A stretch of DNA of 64,000 nt from Chloroflexota bacterium (GCA_050258095.1 JBLMYD010000038.1:3594-67593); one strand, 5' to 3'; positions 16,491 to 26,172 are shown, counted from the stretch's first letter. Notes: generated by a model not told the origin, from the letters alone. Numbers and translations: made by a program.

Positions 16491-16604
16491 CCGGATGTCG
16501 GGTGTCCCTGCGAACGTTTTGTGCCGCTGGCCCGGCGACATCTCTCGGACGGCTCCAACCGATCCAGCCAGTTAGGCAAGTGAGCAGGGGCACCCGACAT
16601 CCGG
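16491..16604. repeat. Long hairpin element 16-b: 20-bp stem (1 T-G) enclosing a 74-nt core, inverted copy of 16-a
   Basis: Left arm 16491-16510 is ccggatgtcgggtgtccctg and right arm 16585-16604 is caggggcacccgacatccgg. The reverse complement of the core aligns with core 16-a (tcact.gcct.actggctgg.tcgg...gccgtccgag...ccagcggc.caaaacgttc). Confidence 0.8.
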
Positions 16605-16626
16605 GCATACCGAACCCGCCCGAGCC

Positions 16627-17397
16627 CTACGGTTTCTTGACCAGCGTCGCCGTGTAGAGCAGCCGCGCGCTGGAGTAGAAGCAGCCGTAGGTCTTGGTCT
16701 TGCCCACCCCCTGCTGGGGATGGCCGCCCTGGATGTCTTCCTTCGAGGCGCAGTGGCCGCCGATGCGGCTGCCGCGCCAGGTGTCTTCTTCGGAGACGTT
16801 GAAGGCGAACATCGGCGCCCAGGTCGGCACCGTGAGGGCGACGATCTGACCGCGCAGGACGGTGAGCGGGTGGTCGAGGGCGAAGATCGGGCTGCGACCG
16901 AAGTACGGGTTGAGGACCTCGACCGGACTCTGGCGGACGAGCGTGAATTGCGGCGGCTTCGAGCCTTTTACCCGGCGCAGGATCCCGATCCGCGCCTTCG
17001 AGGGCTTGCCGAGGAATTCGTTGAAGAAGCCGACCTCGTCGGTGGTCGTCTTGCCGTCCGTGCGCGAGGGCCTGGAGAGCGAGATCGACCAGGCGACGAC
17101 CTTGCCGTCGAAGGGCGCCTCGTAGGGCTGGTTGACGCCCCCGGCGTTGACCTGGTAGCCGGTGACGTGTCCCTCGACCCGGCAGGGAATCACCTCGACG
17201 TTGTTGACGATCTTGCCGGGGCACGAGGGCCGCGGCGTCGAAGCGGTCTTGCCGAGGACGACGACCCGCAGTGGCGCCGAGTCGGCGGCCCCGGGCCAGG
17301 CGGCGACGATCAGCGCCGCGAGCGCGCAGGCGAAGCCGAGCGCCAGCGCGCCGCGGGACCTGGGATCGCGAATTTCCGCTGCTCCTCGCACGGTCAT
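16627..17397 (-). CDS. Secreted Cys-containing hypothetical protein
   Basis: The internal ATG at 17397 gives MTVRGAAEIRDPRSRGALALGFACALAALIVAAWPGAADSAP (signal peptide). No recognisable catalytic motif. Confidence 0.55.
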   Translation of the reverse strand: MTVRGAAEIRDPRSRGALALGFACALAALIVAAWPGAADSAPLRVVVLGKTASTPRPSCPGKIVNNVEVIPCRVEGHVTGYQVNAGGVNQPYEAPFDGKVVAWSISLSRPSRTDGKTTTDEVGFFNEFLGKPSKARIGILRRVKGSKPPQFTLVRQSPVEVLNPYFGRSPIFALDHPLTVLRGQIVALTVPTWAPMFAFNVSEEDTWRGSRIGGHCASKEDIQGGHPQQGVGKTKTYGCFYSSARLLYTATLVKKP

Positions 17398-17521
17398 CAG
17401 TGCAACCCGGTCGCCGGACGGGGGTTGCGGCCGGGATTCTGCCGTCCGGGCCGCAGACATGCGGGTTTGGTTGACGCATTGCACGATCCCGGCCAGACGC
17501 CCTCTGTAGGGTTGCCGCCCG

Positions 17522-18487
17522 ATGCCCGCGATCGTCGTCAAGAAGCTCAAACGCGCCTTCGACGACGTGCTCGCCGTGCGTGGCGTCGACCTCACCGTCG
17601 ACGAGGGCGAGATCTACGGCTTCCTCGGCCCCAACGGGGCGGGCAAGACGACGACGGTGCGGATGCTGACCACGCTGCTGCTGCCGACCGGCGGGCGGGC
17701 GACGGTCGCCGGCCACGACGTGGTCAAGGAAGCGCGGGCGGTGCGGGCCTCGATCGGCGTCGCCCTGCAGGAGGCGGCCCTCGACCCGCTGATGACCGGG
17801 CGCGAGCTGATCAGGCTGCAGGCGACGCTGCAGGGCCTGCCCAGCGCCGAGGGCAAGCGCCGCGCCGACAGCCTGCTCGAGCGAGTCGACCTGGCCGACG
17901 CCGCCGACCGCCGCGTCGGCACCTACTCGGGCGGGATGAAGCGTCGCCTCGACCTGGCCGCGGCCCTCGTCCACGAACCGCGCGTCCTCTTCCTCGACGA
18001 GCCGACGACCGGGCTCGACCCGGTCAGCCGCAAGACGATCTGGGAGGAGGTGCGGGCGCTGAACGACGAGGGCACGACCGTCTTCCTCACCACGCAGTAC
18101 CTCGAGGAGGCCGACCAGCTCGCCGACAACGTCGCGATCATCGACCGCGGCACGATCGTCGCCGAAGGCACCCCCGAGGCGCTCAAGGCCCAGATCGGCA
18201 ACCCCCACATCCAGCTGCAGCTCGCCGCCGGCTCGATCGCCGAGGCCGAGGAAGTGTGCGCCCGGGTCGGGCGCCTGCTGCCGCCGCGCGACGCGAAGAC
18301 GATCCTGGTCGAGGCCGAGAACGGCGCCGGCGACATCCCGAAAGTCGTGCGGGCGCTCGACGAGGCGGGCATCGAGGTCGAGTCCCTGGAGCTGGTCAAG
18401 CCGACCCTCGACGACGTCTTCGTCGCCAAGACCGGCCAGCACATCGAGCAGGGCGACGGAGAGAAGTCGGAGGCCGTCGGAGCATGA
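17522..18487 (+). CDS. ABC transporter ATP-binding protein (ABC-2/DrrA-like)
   Basis: Walker A GPNGAGKTTT, signature YSGGMKRRL, Walker B VLFLDEPT. Confidence 0.9.
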   Translation: MPAIVVKKLKRAFDDVLAVRGVDLTVDEGEIYGFLGPNGAGKTTTVRMLTTLLLPTGGRATVAGHDVVKEARAVRASIGVALQEAALDPLMTGRELIRLQATLQGLPSAEGKRRADSLLERVDLADAADRRVGTYSGGMKRRLDLAAALVHEPRVLFLDEPTTGLDPVSRKTIWEEVRALNDEGTTVFLTTQYLEEADQLADNVAIIDRGTIVAEGTPEALKAQIGNPHIQLQLAAGSIAEAEEVCARVGRLLPPRDAKTILVEAENGAGDIPKVVRALDEAGIEVESLELVKPTLDDVFVAKTGQHIEQGDGEKSEAVGA

Positions 18488-19269
18488 GCGAGCTGAAGAC
18501 CAACCTGCGCGTGATCCGTGCTCTGGGGATGCGGGCGATCCGGCAGACCTTCCGGCGGCCGCAGCTGATGGCGCCGATCCTCGTCTTCCCCACCCTGCTG
18601 CTCGCCGTCCAGACCGGCGGCGCCGGCGGCGCCGTCGACCTGCCCGGCTTCCCGCCGGTGCAGGGCTTCCTCCAGTTCATGCTGGCGGGAGCGATGATGC
18701 AGTCGCTGATGCTGGCCGGCAACAGCGGCGGCATCGCCTTCGCCGTCGACATCGAGATGGGCTTCACCGACCGCCTCTTCGCCGCCCCCGTCCCCCGCTA
18801 CACGATCGTGCTCGGGCGGCTGGCCGGGGTCGCGGCGCTCGGCCTCTTCTCGGCCCTCTGGTTCCTCGCGGTCGGGCTGATCTTCGGCGCCGAAATCCAC
18901 AGCGGCGTCGCCGGCGCCCTGATCGCGATCGTCCTGGTCACGGCGACGGCAACCGCCGTCGGCGGGATAGGAGCGGCGATCGCCCTGCGCACCGGCACGG
19001 CGAGCGTCGTCCAGGGGCTCTTCCCGCTCGTCCTCGTCGTCCTCTTCCTCTCCTCCGCCTTCTTCCCGGTCGATCTGATGATCCAGCCGGCCAGGGCGAT
19101 CGCCGAATACAACCCGTTCAGCTTCATCGCCGAGGGCGTGCGCAACCCGATCATCGCCGACATACACGCCACCGACGTGCTCGAGGCGCTGCTCGCCATC
19201 GCCGGGATCGTGATGCTGGGGCTGGTGCTCAGCGCCCGCGCCCTCCGCCACCGGCTGCGGGTCGGCTGA
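18484..19269 (+). CDS. ABC-2 type transporter permease
   Basis: ATG 18484 overlaps the upstream TGA (ATGA). 261 aa with 6 predicted TM helices, starting MSELKTNLRVIRALGMRAIRQTFRRPQ... Confidence 0.85.
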   Translation: MSELKTNLRVIRALGMRAIRQTFRRPQLMAPILVFPTLLLAVQTGGAGGAVDLPGFPPVQGFLQFMLAGAMMQSLMLAGNSGGIAFAVDIEMGFTDRLFAAPVPRYTIVLGRLAGVAALGLFSALWFLAVGLIFGAEIHSGVAGALIAIVLVTATATAVGGIGAAIALRTGTASVVQGLFPLVLVVLFLSSAFFPVDLMIQPARAIAEYNPFSFIAEGVRNPIIADIHATDVLEALLAIAGIVMLGLVLSARALRHRLRVG

Positions 19270-20060
19270 TGGAAGCGACCGCGACGCTGCCGCAGTGGCG
19301 GGCGAACCTGGCGACGATCGCGGCGCTGATGGCGCGCGCCCGCAACGAGCTGCTGCGCGTGCCCGGGGCGGCGATCCCGGGCGTGCTGGCGCCGACGATC
19401 TTCTTCCTCGGCATCAACGGGGTCTTCGGCGCGCTCACCCAGCTGACCGGGTTCGAAACCGGGGCCTACGAGAGCTTCGTCGTCCCGGTCAGCATGCTCC
19501 AGGGCGCCGGCTTCACCGGCGCCGCGGCCGGGGTCAACCTGGCCCGCGACATCGAGCAGGGCTGGGTCGACCGCCTGCTCGTCTCCCCCGCCCCTCGCTG
19601 GGTCCTGCTCGCCGGCACCGTGCTCGCCGCCAGCGCCCGGGCCCTGATTCCCGCCACCCTCCTGCTGGCGATCGCCCTGCCGCTCGGCGCGACCTGGCCG
19701 GGCCTGGACGGTCTGCTCGTCGCCTACCTGATGGTCGCCTCGATGGCCGCAGTCGCCGCCTGCTGGGGCTCGGCGCTGGCGCTGCGCTTCAAGAGCCAGT
19801 CGGCGGCGCCGCTGATGCAGGCCGGGATGATGGCGGCGATCTTCACCACCACCGCCTACGCGCCGCTCGCCCTGCTGCAGCCCTGGCTGCGCACCGTCGC
19901 CGAAATCAACCCGATCACCGAAGTCGTCGACGCGGCCCGCCAGGGCTTCGTCGGCAGCGTCACCTGGGCCGAAACCTGGCCCGGCCTCCTCGCCCTGCTA
20001 GCGCTGCTCGTCCTCCTCGGCGCCTGGGCGCTGCGCGAAATGCGCCGCACCGCCGCGTGA
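19269..20060 (+). CDS. ABC-2 type transporter permease (second subunit)
   Basis: 263 aa and polytopic. TGATG junction with the preceding permease. Confidence 0.85.
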   Translation: MEATATLPQWRANLATIAALMARARNELLRVPGAAIPGVLAPTIFFLGINGVFGALTQLTGFETGAYESFVVPVSMLQGAGFTGAAAGVNLARDIEQGWVDRLLVSPAPRWVLLAGTVLAASARALIPATLLLAIALPLGATWPGLDGLLVAYLMVASMAAVAACWGSALALRFKSQSAAPLMQAGMMAAIFTTTAYAPLALLQPWLRTVAEINPITEVVDAARQGFVGSVTWAETWPGLLALLALLVLLGAWALREMRRTAA

Positions 20061-21259
20061 CCCCCCGCCGACGGGCCGATTTCCGACGCTATGCGACGGT
20101 TTCAGGCCCGTCGGCGGAGAGGGTGCTGCAGGGGAACTGGGTCGAGGGGGAGCGCGGGGGGGTGCCGTTTGCCTATACGCGGCCGAGCGTCGGGCGCTAT
20201 CCGTGGCAGTGGTACTGGGACTCGTGCTTCGCGGCGATCGTCTGGCGGCGCTTCGAGCCGGCGCGGGCGCGCGCCGAGCTGGAGACCCTGCTCGCCGCCC
20301 AGCGCGAAGACGGCTTCATCGGCCACACGATCTTCTGGGACCGGCCCGTCTCCCTCTCGCGGCTGCTCTTCTACAACGTCGCCTCCCGCGACGCCTTGCA
20401 GACCGAGACGATCCAGCCGCCGCTGCTGGCCTGGGCCTGGAGTCTCGCCGTCGGCGACCCTACGGAGGAGCCGCGAATCGCGGCTCAGGCCGAGTGGCTG
20501 GCGACGAACCGCGACCTCGACGGCGACGGCCTGCTCTGGATCGTCCAGCCCGACGAGTCGGGGCTCGACGCCTCGCCGAAGTTCGACCCGGTCTGGGGCC
20601 GGCGGGCCAACGCCCGGCTCGGCTTCCCGCTGCTCGTCCGGCGCAACCGCCGTCTCGGCTTCGACGCCCGCCGGGTCCGCGACGCGGGCGGTCCCGTCCT
20701 CTGCGAGACGCTCGTCAACACGCTCTGGTCGCTCTCGCTGCAGGCGCTTGGCCGGCCTTCGGCAACCCCAGCGCTGGTCGAGCGTCTCTGGGACGAGCGG
20801 CGCGGCCTCTTCCTCGACGAGGCGCAGCCGGGGGGCGCCAGGCCGGAGATCGTCACCTGGGCGGCGCTGGCGCCGCTGGCGCTGCCCGACCTGCCGGAGG
20901 AGATCGGCAGGCGCATGGTCGAGGAGCACCTGCTCGACGCGGCCGAGTTCCTGACCCCGGTCGCGCCGCCCTCGGTCTCGGTCGCCGAGCCGAGCTATGA
21001 ACCGGGCGGCAACCGCGGTCCGGTGCGCCGCTACTGGCGCGGCCCGACCTGGGTCAACGCCGCCTGGTTGCTCTGGCTCGGCCTGCGCCGCCTCGGCTAT
21101 GAGGAGGAGGCGGAGCGGATGGCCCGCGGGGTGCTCGGCGCCGCCCAGCGAGAAGGCCTGCGCGAGTACTACGACCCGCGCACCGGCGCCGGCCTCGGCG
21201 CCCGCGACTTCGCCTGGTCGGCCCTTGTGGCTGAGTTTGACCAAGCCAATCCTGGCTAG
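20057..21259 (+). CDS. GH63-like (alpha/alpha)6-barrel glycoside hydrolase (mannosylglycerate/glucosylglycerate hydrolase-like)
   Basis: ..YPWQWYWDSCFAAIVW..REDGFIGH..DGDGLLW..ESGLDASPKFD..RYWRGPTWVNAAWLLWLGL..REYYDPRTG... The start is uncertain: GTG 20057 (GTGA overlap) or a GTG near 20123. Family assigned from motif memory. Confidence 0.65.
   Translation: MTPRRRADFRRYATVSGPSAERVLQGNWVEGERGGVPFAYTRPSVGRYPWQWYWDSCFAAIVWRRFEPARARAELETLLAAQREDGFIGHTIFWDRPVSLSRLLFYNVASRDALQTETIQPPLLAWAWSLAVGDPTEEPRIAAQAEWLATNRDLDGDGLLWIVQPDESGLDASPKFDPVWGRRANARLGFPLLVRRNRRLGFDARRVRDAGGPVLCETLVNTLWSLSLQALGRPSATPALVERLWDERRGLFLDEAQPGGARPEIVTWAALAPLALPDLPEEIGRRMVEEHLLDAAEFLTPVAPPSVSVAEPSYEPGGNRGPVRRYWRGPTWVNAAWLLWLGLRRLGYEEEAERMARGVLGAAQREGLREYYDPRTGAGLGARDFAWSALVAEFDQANPG
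20067..20115. repeat. 49-nt palindromic repeat, copy A
   Basis: gccgacgggcc-N27-ggcccgtcggc with an 11-bp perfect stem. 43 of 49 nt are identical to copy B at 33847-33895. Confidence 0.8.
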
Positions 21260-21316
21260 GACGCAGGGAGGGTGGCGGCTCTGCACGCGAGCGACCGAGG
21301 ACACCGCCAGGCGCCG
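21258..21316 (+). repeat. About 60-nt intergenic repeat with paired AGGAC(G/A)C half-sites, copy 1
   Basis: aggacgcagggagggtggcggctctgcacgcgagcgaccgaggacaccgccaggcgccg. Near-identical to 59763-59822 and partially similar to 24613-24666. Confidence 0.75.
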
Positions 21317-21323
21317 GCTTGGC

Positions 21324-21542
21324 CTATTTGTAGCGATACGTGATTCGACCCCGATCGAGGTCGTACGGCGAAAGCTCGATCTTGACGCGATCGCCCGGCA
21401 GGATGCGGATGTAGTGGCGGCGCATCTTGCCCGAGATGTGACCGAGGACGTCGTGGCCGTTGTCGAGTTTGACGCGGAACATCGTGTTGGGGAGGGCCTC
21501 GGTGATCTCGCCCTCCATCTCGATCTTCTCCTCTTTGCCCAT
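21324..21542 (-). CDS. infA: Translation initiation factor IF-1
   Basis: 72 aa: [72 protein letters not shown]. Confidence 0.95.
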   Translation of the reverse strand: MGKEEKIEMEGEITEALPNTMFRVKLDNGHDVLGHISGKMRRHYIRILPGDRVKIELSPYDLDRGRITYRYK

Positions 21543-21561
21543 GCGGCCGGGAGCGTAACAG

Positions 21562-22980
21562 TCAGCTGCGGCGGCGCAGGTGCTCGACCGCCTCCTCGCG
21601 GCTCGAAACCTCGCCCGCGTACTGCGCCGCCTCGAGCTCGGCCAGCAGCTCGCCGACCTCGGGACCGTCGGCGATGCCCAGCTCCGCCGCCAGCTCGTCG
21701 CCACGCAGCAGCGGCCGGGGCGGGCCGTCGCGGCGCCAGTCGAGCGCCGCCGCCAGCATCTGCCGGGCGAGGCTGAGGTGGGCCTCGATCGCCGCCTCGG
21801 TCGCGAACGGCCCCGAACCGCGGGCCGAGAGGCGATCGGCGATCGTCAGCAGGGTGACGTCGGCGCCGACGGGCTCGGTCGCCCGCAGGTACTCGTGCAC
21901 GCGGCGCGGCGGCAGCGGCGCCTCGTGGACCATGAAGCCGAGTCGCAGGTGATGGAGAGTCAGGCCCTGCAGGTGCCTGGTCAGGGCGCGGCTGGCGCGC
22001 AGCCGCCGGCAGATCCCGGCGACCATCTCGGCGCCGTCGCGGTCGTGACCGACGAAGGTGACGAAACCGTCGTGCTCGGCGCGCGTCGCCAGCTTGCCGA
22101 CGTCGTGCAGCAGGGCGCCGAAGCGCAACGCGGTGCCGCGCGTCATCTCGTCGGCCAAGGGCTCGGCGAGCAGCGTCGCCAGCTCGCCGGCTCGCTCGCC
22201 GCCGAAGCGCTCCAGGTCGGCCTCGACCGCAAGCGTGTGCTCGAGCACCGCGATCGTGTGGTCGTAGACGTCGAGGTGATGGTTCGGTCCCTGCTCGACG
22301 CCGCGCAGGGCCGCCAGCTCGGGCAGCACGACGGCGGTCAGGCCGAGCTCGTCGAGCAGCGCGATGCCGCGCAGCGGGTCCGGACCGCCGACGAGCCGGC
22401 GCAGCTCGGCGAGCTGGCGCTCGCCGGCCGGCTGGCCTGCCCGCGATGCTTCCGCGCGGGCCAGGGCGACCGTACCCGCCTCGATCTCCAGCCGCAGGTC
22501 GGCGGCGAGCCGGGCGGCCCGCAGCAGCCGCAGTGGATCGGCGTCGAAGCTGTGGTCGGTGACCGTGCGCAGGATCCCGCGCTCGAGGTCGGCCAGGCCG
22601 CCAAACGGGTCGAGCGGCTCGCCGCCGGCGAGGGGGACGGCCATCGCTCCCACCGTGAAATCCCGCTCCCGCAGGTCGTCCGCGATCGTCGCGCCGCGCA
22701 GCGCCGTCAGGTCGACCTGCCAGCTGCCGTCGGCGGCGCTCGCCCGCCAGGTCGAGAACTCGGCCGAGAGCTCGAAGGCGTGGCCGCCGCCCTCGCGGGC
22801 GATCGCCTTGGCGCCGGCGGCCGGATCGCCGCCGAGCGCCAGGTCGAGGTCGTCGACCGGGCGGCCGAGCGCCGCGTCGCGGACGGCGCCGCCGGCGATC
22901 CACGCGTCCTCGACGCCACCCAGCGCGCGCCGTGCCAGCTCGACGACCGGCGCCGAGCCGAGCCGCTCGGCGACCGTCAC
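21562..22980 (-). CDS. cca: CCA-adding enzyme / poly(A) polymerase family tRNA nucleotidyltransferase with HD domain
   Basis: GTG 22980 overlaps the alr TGA (GTGA). Head-domain motif [20 protein letters not shown] and HD motif LLHDVGK. Confidence 0.85.
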   Translation of the reverse strand: MTVAERLGSAPVVELARRALGGVEDAWIAGGAVRDAALGRPVDDLDLALGGDPAAGAKAIAREGGGHAFELSAEFSTWRASAADGSWQVDLTALRGATIADDLRERDFTVGAMAVPLAGGEPLDPFGGLADLERGILRTVTDHSFDADPLRLLRAARLAADLRLEIEAGTVALARAEASRAGQPAGERQLAELRRLVGGPDPLRGIALLDELGLTAVVLPELAALRGVEQGPNHHLDVYDHTIAVLEHTLAVEADLERFGGERAGELATLLAEPLADEMTRGTALRFGALLHDVGKLATRAEHDGFVTFVGHDRDGAEMVAGICRRLRASRALTRHLQGLTLHHLRLGFMVHEAPLPPRRVHEYLRATEPVGADVTLLTIADRLSARGSGPFATEAAIEAHLSLARQMLAAALDWRRDGPPRPLLRGDELAAELGIADGPEVGELLAELEAAQYAGEVSSREEAVEHLRRRS

Positions 22981-24086
22981 GCCGGCTCCCGCGGCACGCG
23001 GGCCGAGATCCCACAGGTGATCTCGTAGTTGATCGTGCCGAGCCGCGCGGCCAGCTCCTCGGCGAGGATCGTCTCCCCGTCCTGCGAGCCGATCAGCACC
23101 GCCTCGTCCCCGGGCTCCACGTCGGTATCGCCACCGAGGTCGACGGTCACGTTGTCCATCGAGACGGTGCCGACCAGGGGGTAGCGCCCGCCGCGAATCA
23201 GCACCTCGGCGTTGTTGGAGAGACCGCGCCTGACCCCGTCGCCGTAGCCGAGGGGGAGCACCCCGACCCAGGTCTCGGCCTCCGCCCGCCAGGTTTGCCC
23301 GTAGCCGGCGCTGCTCCCCGGCGCGAAGCGCTTGACGTCGGCGACGTAGGAGCGCAGCGACAGCGCCGGCGTCAGGCCATGCTCGCCGGGATCGCCCTGG
23401 AAGGGATCGAGCCCGTAGACCGCGACCCCGCAACGGGCCATGTCGAAGTGCGAGCGCCGGTCGCGGAAGACGGCGGCGCTGTTGGCTGCGTGCGCGACGA
23501 CTCCCGGGAACTCGGCCTTGACGGCGGTCGCAACCGCCTCGAAGCGGCGCAGCTGCACGTCGAAGAAATCCGAGGCGGGCTCGTCGGCGGTGGCGAGGTG
23601 CGTCCAGACGCCCGCCAGCGCGAGGTCGGGGTCCGCGTCGCAGGCGCGGGCCAGGGCGAGCACCTCGTCGGGGTCGGGGTTGCCGAGCCGCCCCATGCCG
23701 CTGTCGTACTTGACGTGGACGCGGACCGGGCGTCCCTGCGCCCGGCCGCGCGCTCCGGCCAGCGCGCGGAAGCCGTCCCGCCAGACGGCCACTTCGGACC
23801 CGGCGGCAAGCGCTACGTCGAGGTCCTCGGGCGTGAGCGCACCCATGGTCAGCAGCGGCACCTGCGGGAAGCGACGGCCCACCTGAGCTGCCTCCATGCC
23901 GGTCGCAACGGCGAGGCGGGTGGCTCCGCCCGAGAGGGCCGCGTCCACGCAGGCGTCGGCGCCGTGCCCGTACCCGTCGGCCTTGACCACGGCGCAGAGC
24001 TCGGCGCCCTCGCCCAGCTCGGCGCGCAGCCGCGCGCAGTTGCGCTCGACGGCGCCAAGGTCGATTCGGGCGACCGCCCGCGCCAT
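22977..24086 (-). CDS. alr: Alanine racemase
   Basis: 369 aa with PLP-Lys motif AVVKADGYGHG and the typical C-terminal beta-domain. Confidence 0.9.
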   Translation of the reverse strand: MARAVARIDLGAVERNCARLRAELGEGAELCAVVKADGYGHGADACVDAALSGGATRLAVATGMEAAQVGRRFPQVPLLTMGALTPEDLDVALAAGSEVAVWRDGFRALAGARGRAQGRPVRVHVKYDSGMGRLGNPDPDEVLALARACDADPDLALAGVWTHLATADEPASDFFDVQLRRFEAVATAVKAEFPGVVAHAANSAAVFRDRRSHFDMARCGVAVYGLDPFQGDPGEHGLTPALSLRSYVADVKRFAPGSSAGYGQTWRAEAETWVGVLPLGYGDGVRRGLSNNAEVLIRGGRYPLVGTVSMDNVTVDLGGDTDVEPGDEAVLIGSQDGETILAEELAARLGTINYEITCGISARVPREPA

Positions 24087-24089
24087 GGG

Positions 24090-24551
24090 CTAGCCCGAGA
24101 CGAGCGCGGCGAGCGCGTCGGCCCGCGTCACCAGCCCGGCGAGACGCCCCTCGCCGTCGACCACGGGCAGGTGGTTGTGGTGCTTCTCGGCGATCGTCCG
24201 GGCGACGGTCGCGGCGGCGTCGTCGCTGCGCACGACCACCGGGTCGGGCGTCATCAGCTCGGAGACCTTCGTCGCGAAGGCCTTGTTGAGCCGCTCCTCG
24301 AAGCCCTTCATCGAGCCGACGAAGACGATGCCGCCCATGATGTTGAGGTAGTGCGGCAGGTGCAGGTCGGCCTCCTCGTCGCCGATCACGAGGTCCGACT
24401 CGCTGACGATCCCGACCACCTGGCGCGCCTCGTCGACTACCGGGATCGCCCCCAGCTCGGTCTTCGCCAGCAGCTCGATCGCCGCCCGCGCATCGGCGTC
24501 GGGCGAGATCGCCGGCACGTCGGCGTCCATGATCTCGGCGGCGGTCTTCAT
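24090..24551 (-). CDS. CBS-domain pair protein
   Basis: 153 aa containing two CBS units (..PAISPDADARAAIELL.. and ..PVVVRSDDAAATVARTIAEKHHNHLPVVD..). Confidence 0.8.
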   Translation of the reverse strand: MKTAAEIMDADVPAISPDADARAAIELLAKTELGAIPVVDEARQVVGIVSESDLVIGDEEADLHLPHYLNIMGGIVFVGSMKGFEERLNKAFATKVSELMTPDPVVVRSDDAAATVARTIAEKHHNHLPVVDGEGRLAGLVTRADALAALVSG

Positions 24552-24612
24552 GGGGCGAGATTATTGGACGGATCGGAATGGTGCCTGGGGGCGGACGTGG
24601 CCAAGCAGATCA

Positions 24613-24666
24613 AGGACGCAGGGAGGCCTAATAGCAGCGCTATTTGGCCGACTGAGGACGCAGAGA
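24613..24666 (+). repeat. Degenerate third copy of the AGGACGCAGG-pair element
   Basis: aggacgcaggga ... gaggacgcagaga, with the half-sites 42 nt apart (40-41 nt in the other copies). The interior differs and contains an 11-bp hairpin at 24625-24649. Confidence 0.5.
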
Positions 24667-24684
24667 TGCGCAGTGCCACGCGCG

Positions 24685-26139
24685 TCATCCAGGTGCCATT
24701 CCGGCCGGGATCGAGTCGATCACGTCAGTCGCGATCACCGACTCAGCGGCGCCGATCCGGCGCGCCGCGTCGCGGCCGGCGCGGGCATGGACGAGGACGC
24801 CGGCGCAGGCGGCGGCGAAGGGCTCCAGCCCGCGCGCCAGCAGCGCGGCGACGATCCCCGAGAGCACGTCCCCGGTCCCGGCGGTCGCCAGGGCCGGCGC
24901 CGGCAGGGCGTTGACCGCGACCCGCTCGCCGTCGGTGACGATCGAGTCGTCGCCCTTGAGCACGACGACCGCGCCCGCCGTCCGCGCCAGCTCGCGAGCG
25001 GCCGCGAGCCGGTGGGCGGCGACCTCGTCGGGCGGGCGGTCGAGCAGCCGCCCGAGCTCGCCCTCGTGCGGGGTGAGCACCGTCGGCGCCTCGCGCGCGG
25101 CGAGCAGCGCGGCCTCGCCGGCGAAGGCGTTGAGGCCGTCGGCGTCGAGCACGAGTGGCGCGGCGATCCGCGCCACCGCTTCGCGGGCGAGGCCGACCGA
25201 GCCGGGGTCGCGGCCCAGCCCCGGGCCGAAGACGCCCGCGGCAGCGCGCTCGAAGCTGCGCAGCAGCGGCTTCAGCGAGGCCGGCGCCAGGCAGCCGTCC
25301 CCGCCGGGGCAGCCGACCGACATCACCTCCGGTTGCCCGGCCTCGAAGACCGCCTCGAGGTCGGCCGGCACGGCGACGGTCGCGTAGCCGGCGCCGGCGC
25401 GGATCGCGGCCCGCGAGGACATCTGGACTGCCCCGGTCAGCCCCCGGGACCCGCCCGCGATCGTCACCTGCCCGGAGCTGAACTTGGTCGAGCGCGGTCC
25501 GCGGGCGGGCGCCAGCGCCAGCACCGCGGGCTCGATCGTGCCCGCCGCCGGCGCGACCGGAGCGCCCTCCGGGATGCCGATCGGCGCGACCTGCAGCTCG
25601 CCCGTGTGCCACTTGCCCGGCGCCACCCGCTGGCCGATCTTGGCCGCGTGGAAGGTGACGGTCAGGTCGGCCTCGACCGCTTCGCTCGCGACCTCGCCCG
25701 TCGAAGCGTCGACGCCGGAGGCGATGTCGCAGGCGACGACCGGCGCCGGGCAGCGGTTGAGCGCCGCGATCGCCGCCGCCGCGGGCTCGCGCGGGGCGCC
25801 CGAGAAGCCGGTGCCGAAGATCGCGTCGATCGCCGCGCCGCAACCCTCCAACCAGTGGGAGAGGTCGCGCTCCCCCTCCTCGAAGACCGCGGCGCTCTCG
25901 ACCTCGAAGCCCATCTCGCGCAGGCGCCGCTCGGCGACCAGGCCGTCGCCGCCGTTGTTGCCCTTGCCGCAGAGGATCCGCACCGGCCCCGCGGGCGCCA
26001 GCCCGGCGACCGCCTCGGCGACCGCCGTCCCAGCCGCCTCCATCAGCTCCTCGCCGGAAACCCCCTGCTCCTCGATCGCCCAGCGATCGACCGCGCGCAT
26101 GCCCTCGGCGTCGTAGAGCGGGTTGAGCCAGGCCTCCAT
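24685..26139 (-). CDS. nnr: Bifunctional NAD(P)H-hydrate repair enzyme (epimerase / ADP-dependent dehydratase)
   Basis: 484 aa. YjeF N-terminal domain (..GKGNNGGDG..) followed by a C-terminal carbohydrate-kinase-like domain (..GTGDVLSG..). Confidence 0.9.
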   Translation of the reverse strand: MEAWLNPLYDAEGMRAVDRWAIEEQGVSGEELMEAAGTAVAEAVAGLAPAGPVRILCGKGNNGGDGLVAERRLREMGFEVESAAVFEEGERDLSHWLEGCGAAIDAIFGTGFSGAPREPAAAAIAALNRCPAPVVACDIASGVDASTGEVASEAVEADLTVTFHAAKIGQRVAPGKWHTGELQVAPIGIPEGAPVAPAAGTIEPAVLALAPARGPRSTKFSSGQVTIAGGSRGLTGAVQMSSRAAIRAGAGYATVAVPADLEAVFEAGQPEVMSVGCPGGDGCLAPASLKPLLRSFERAAAGVFGPGLGRDPGSVGLAREAVARIAAPLVLDADGLNAFAGEAALLAAREAPTVLTPHEGELGRLLDRPPDEVAAHRLAAARELARTAGAVVVLKGDDSIVTDGERVAVNALPAPALATAGTGDVLSGIVAALLARGLEPFAAACAGVLVHARAGRDAARRIGAAESVIATDVIDSIPAGMAPG

Positions 26140-26172
26140 CGCAGACAGTGTCGACGATTCCCGGCCCGGCGC

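Noticed and set aside
16219-16608. ORFs 16219..16608 (-) and 16393..16575 (+) in the convergent spacer. The same applies to 44950..45412 in the 44.7 kb spacer.
   Set aside because: They are composed of the hairpin-repeat elements. They have no coding bias, motifs or ribosome-binding sites.
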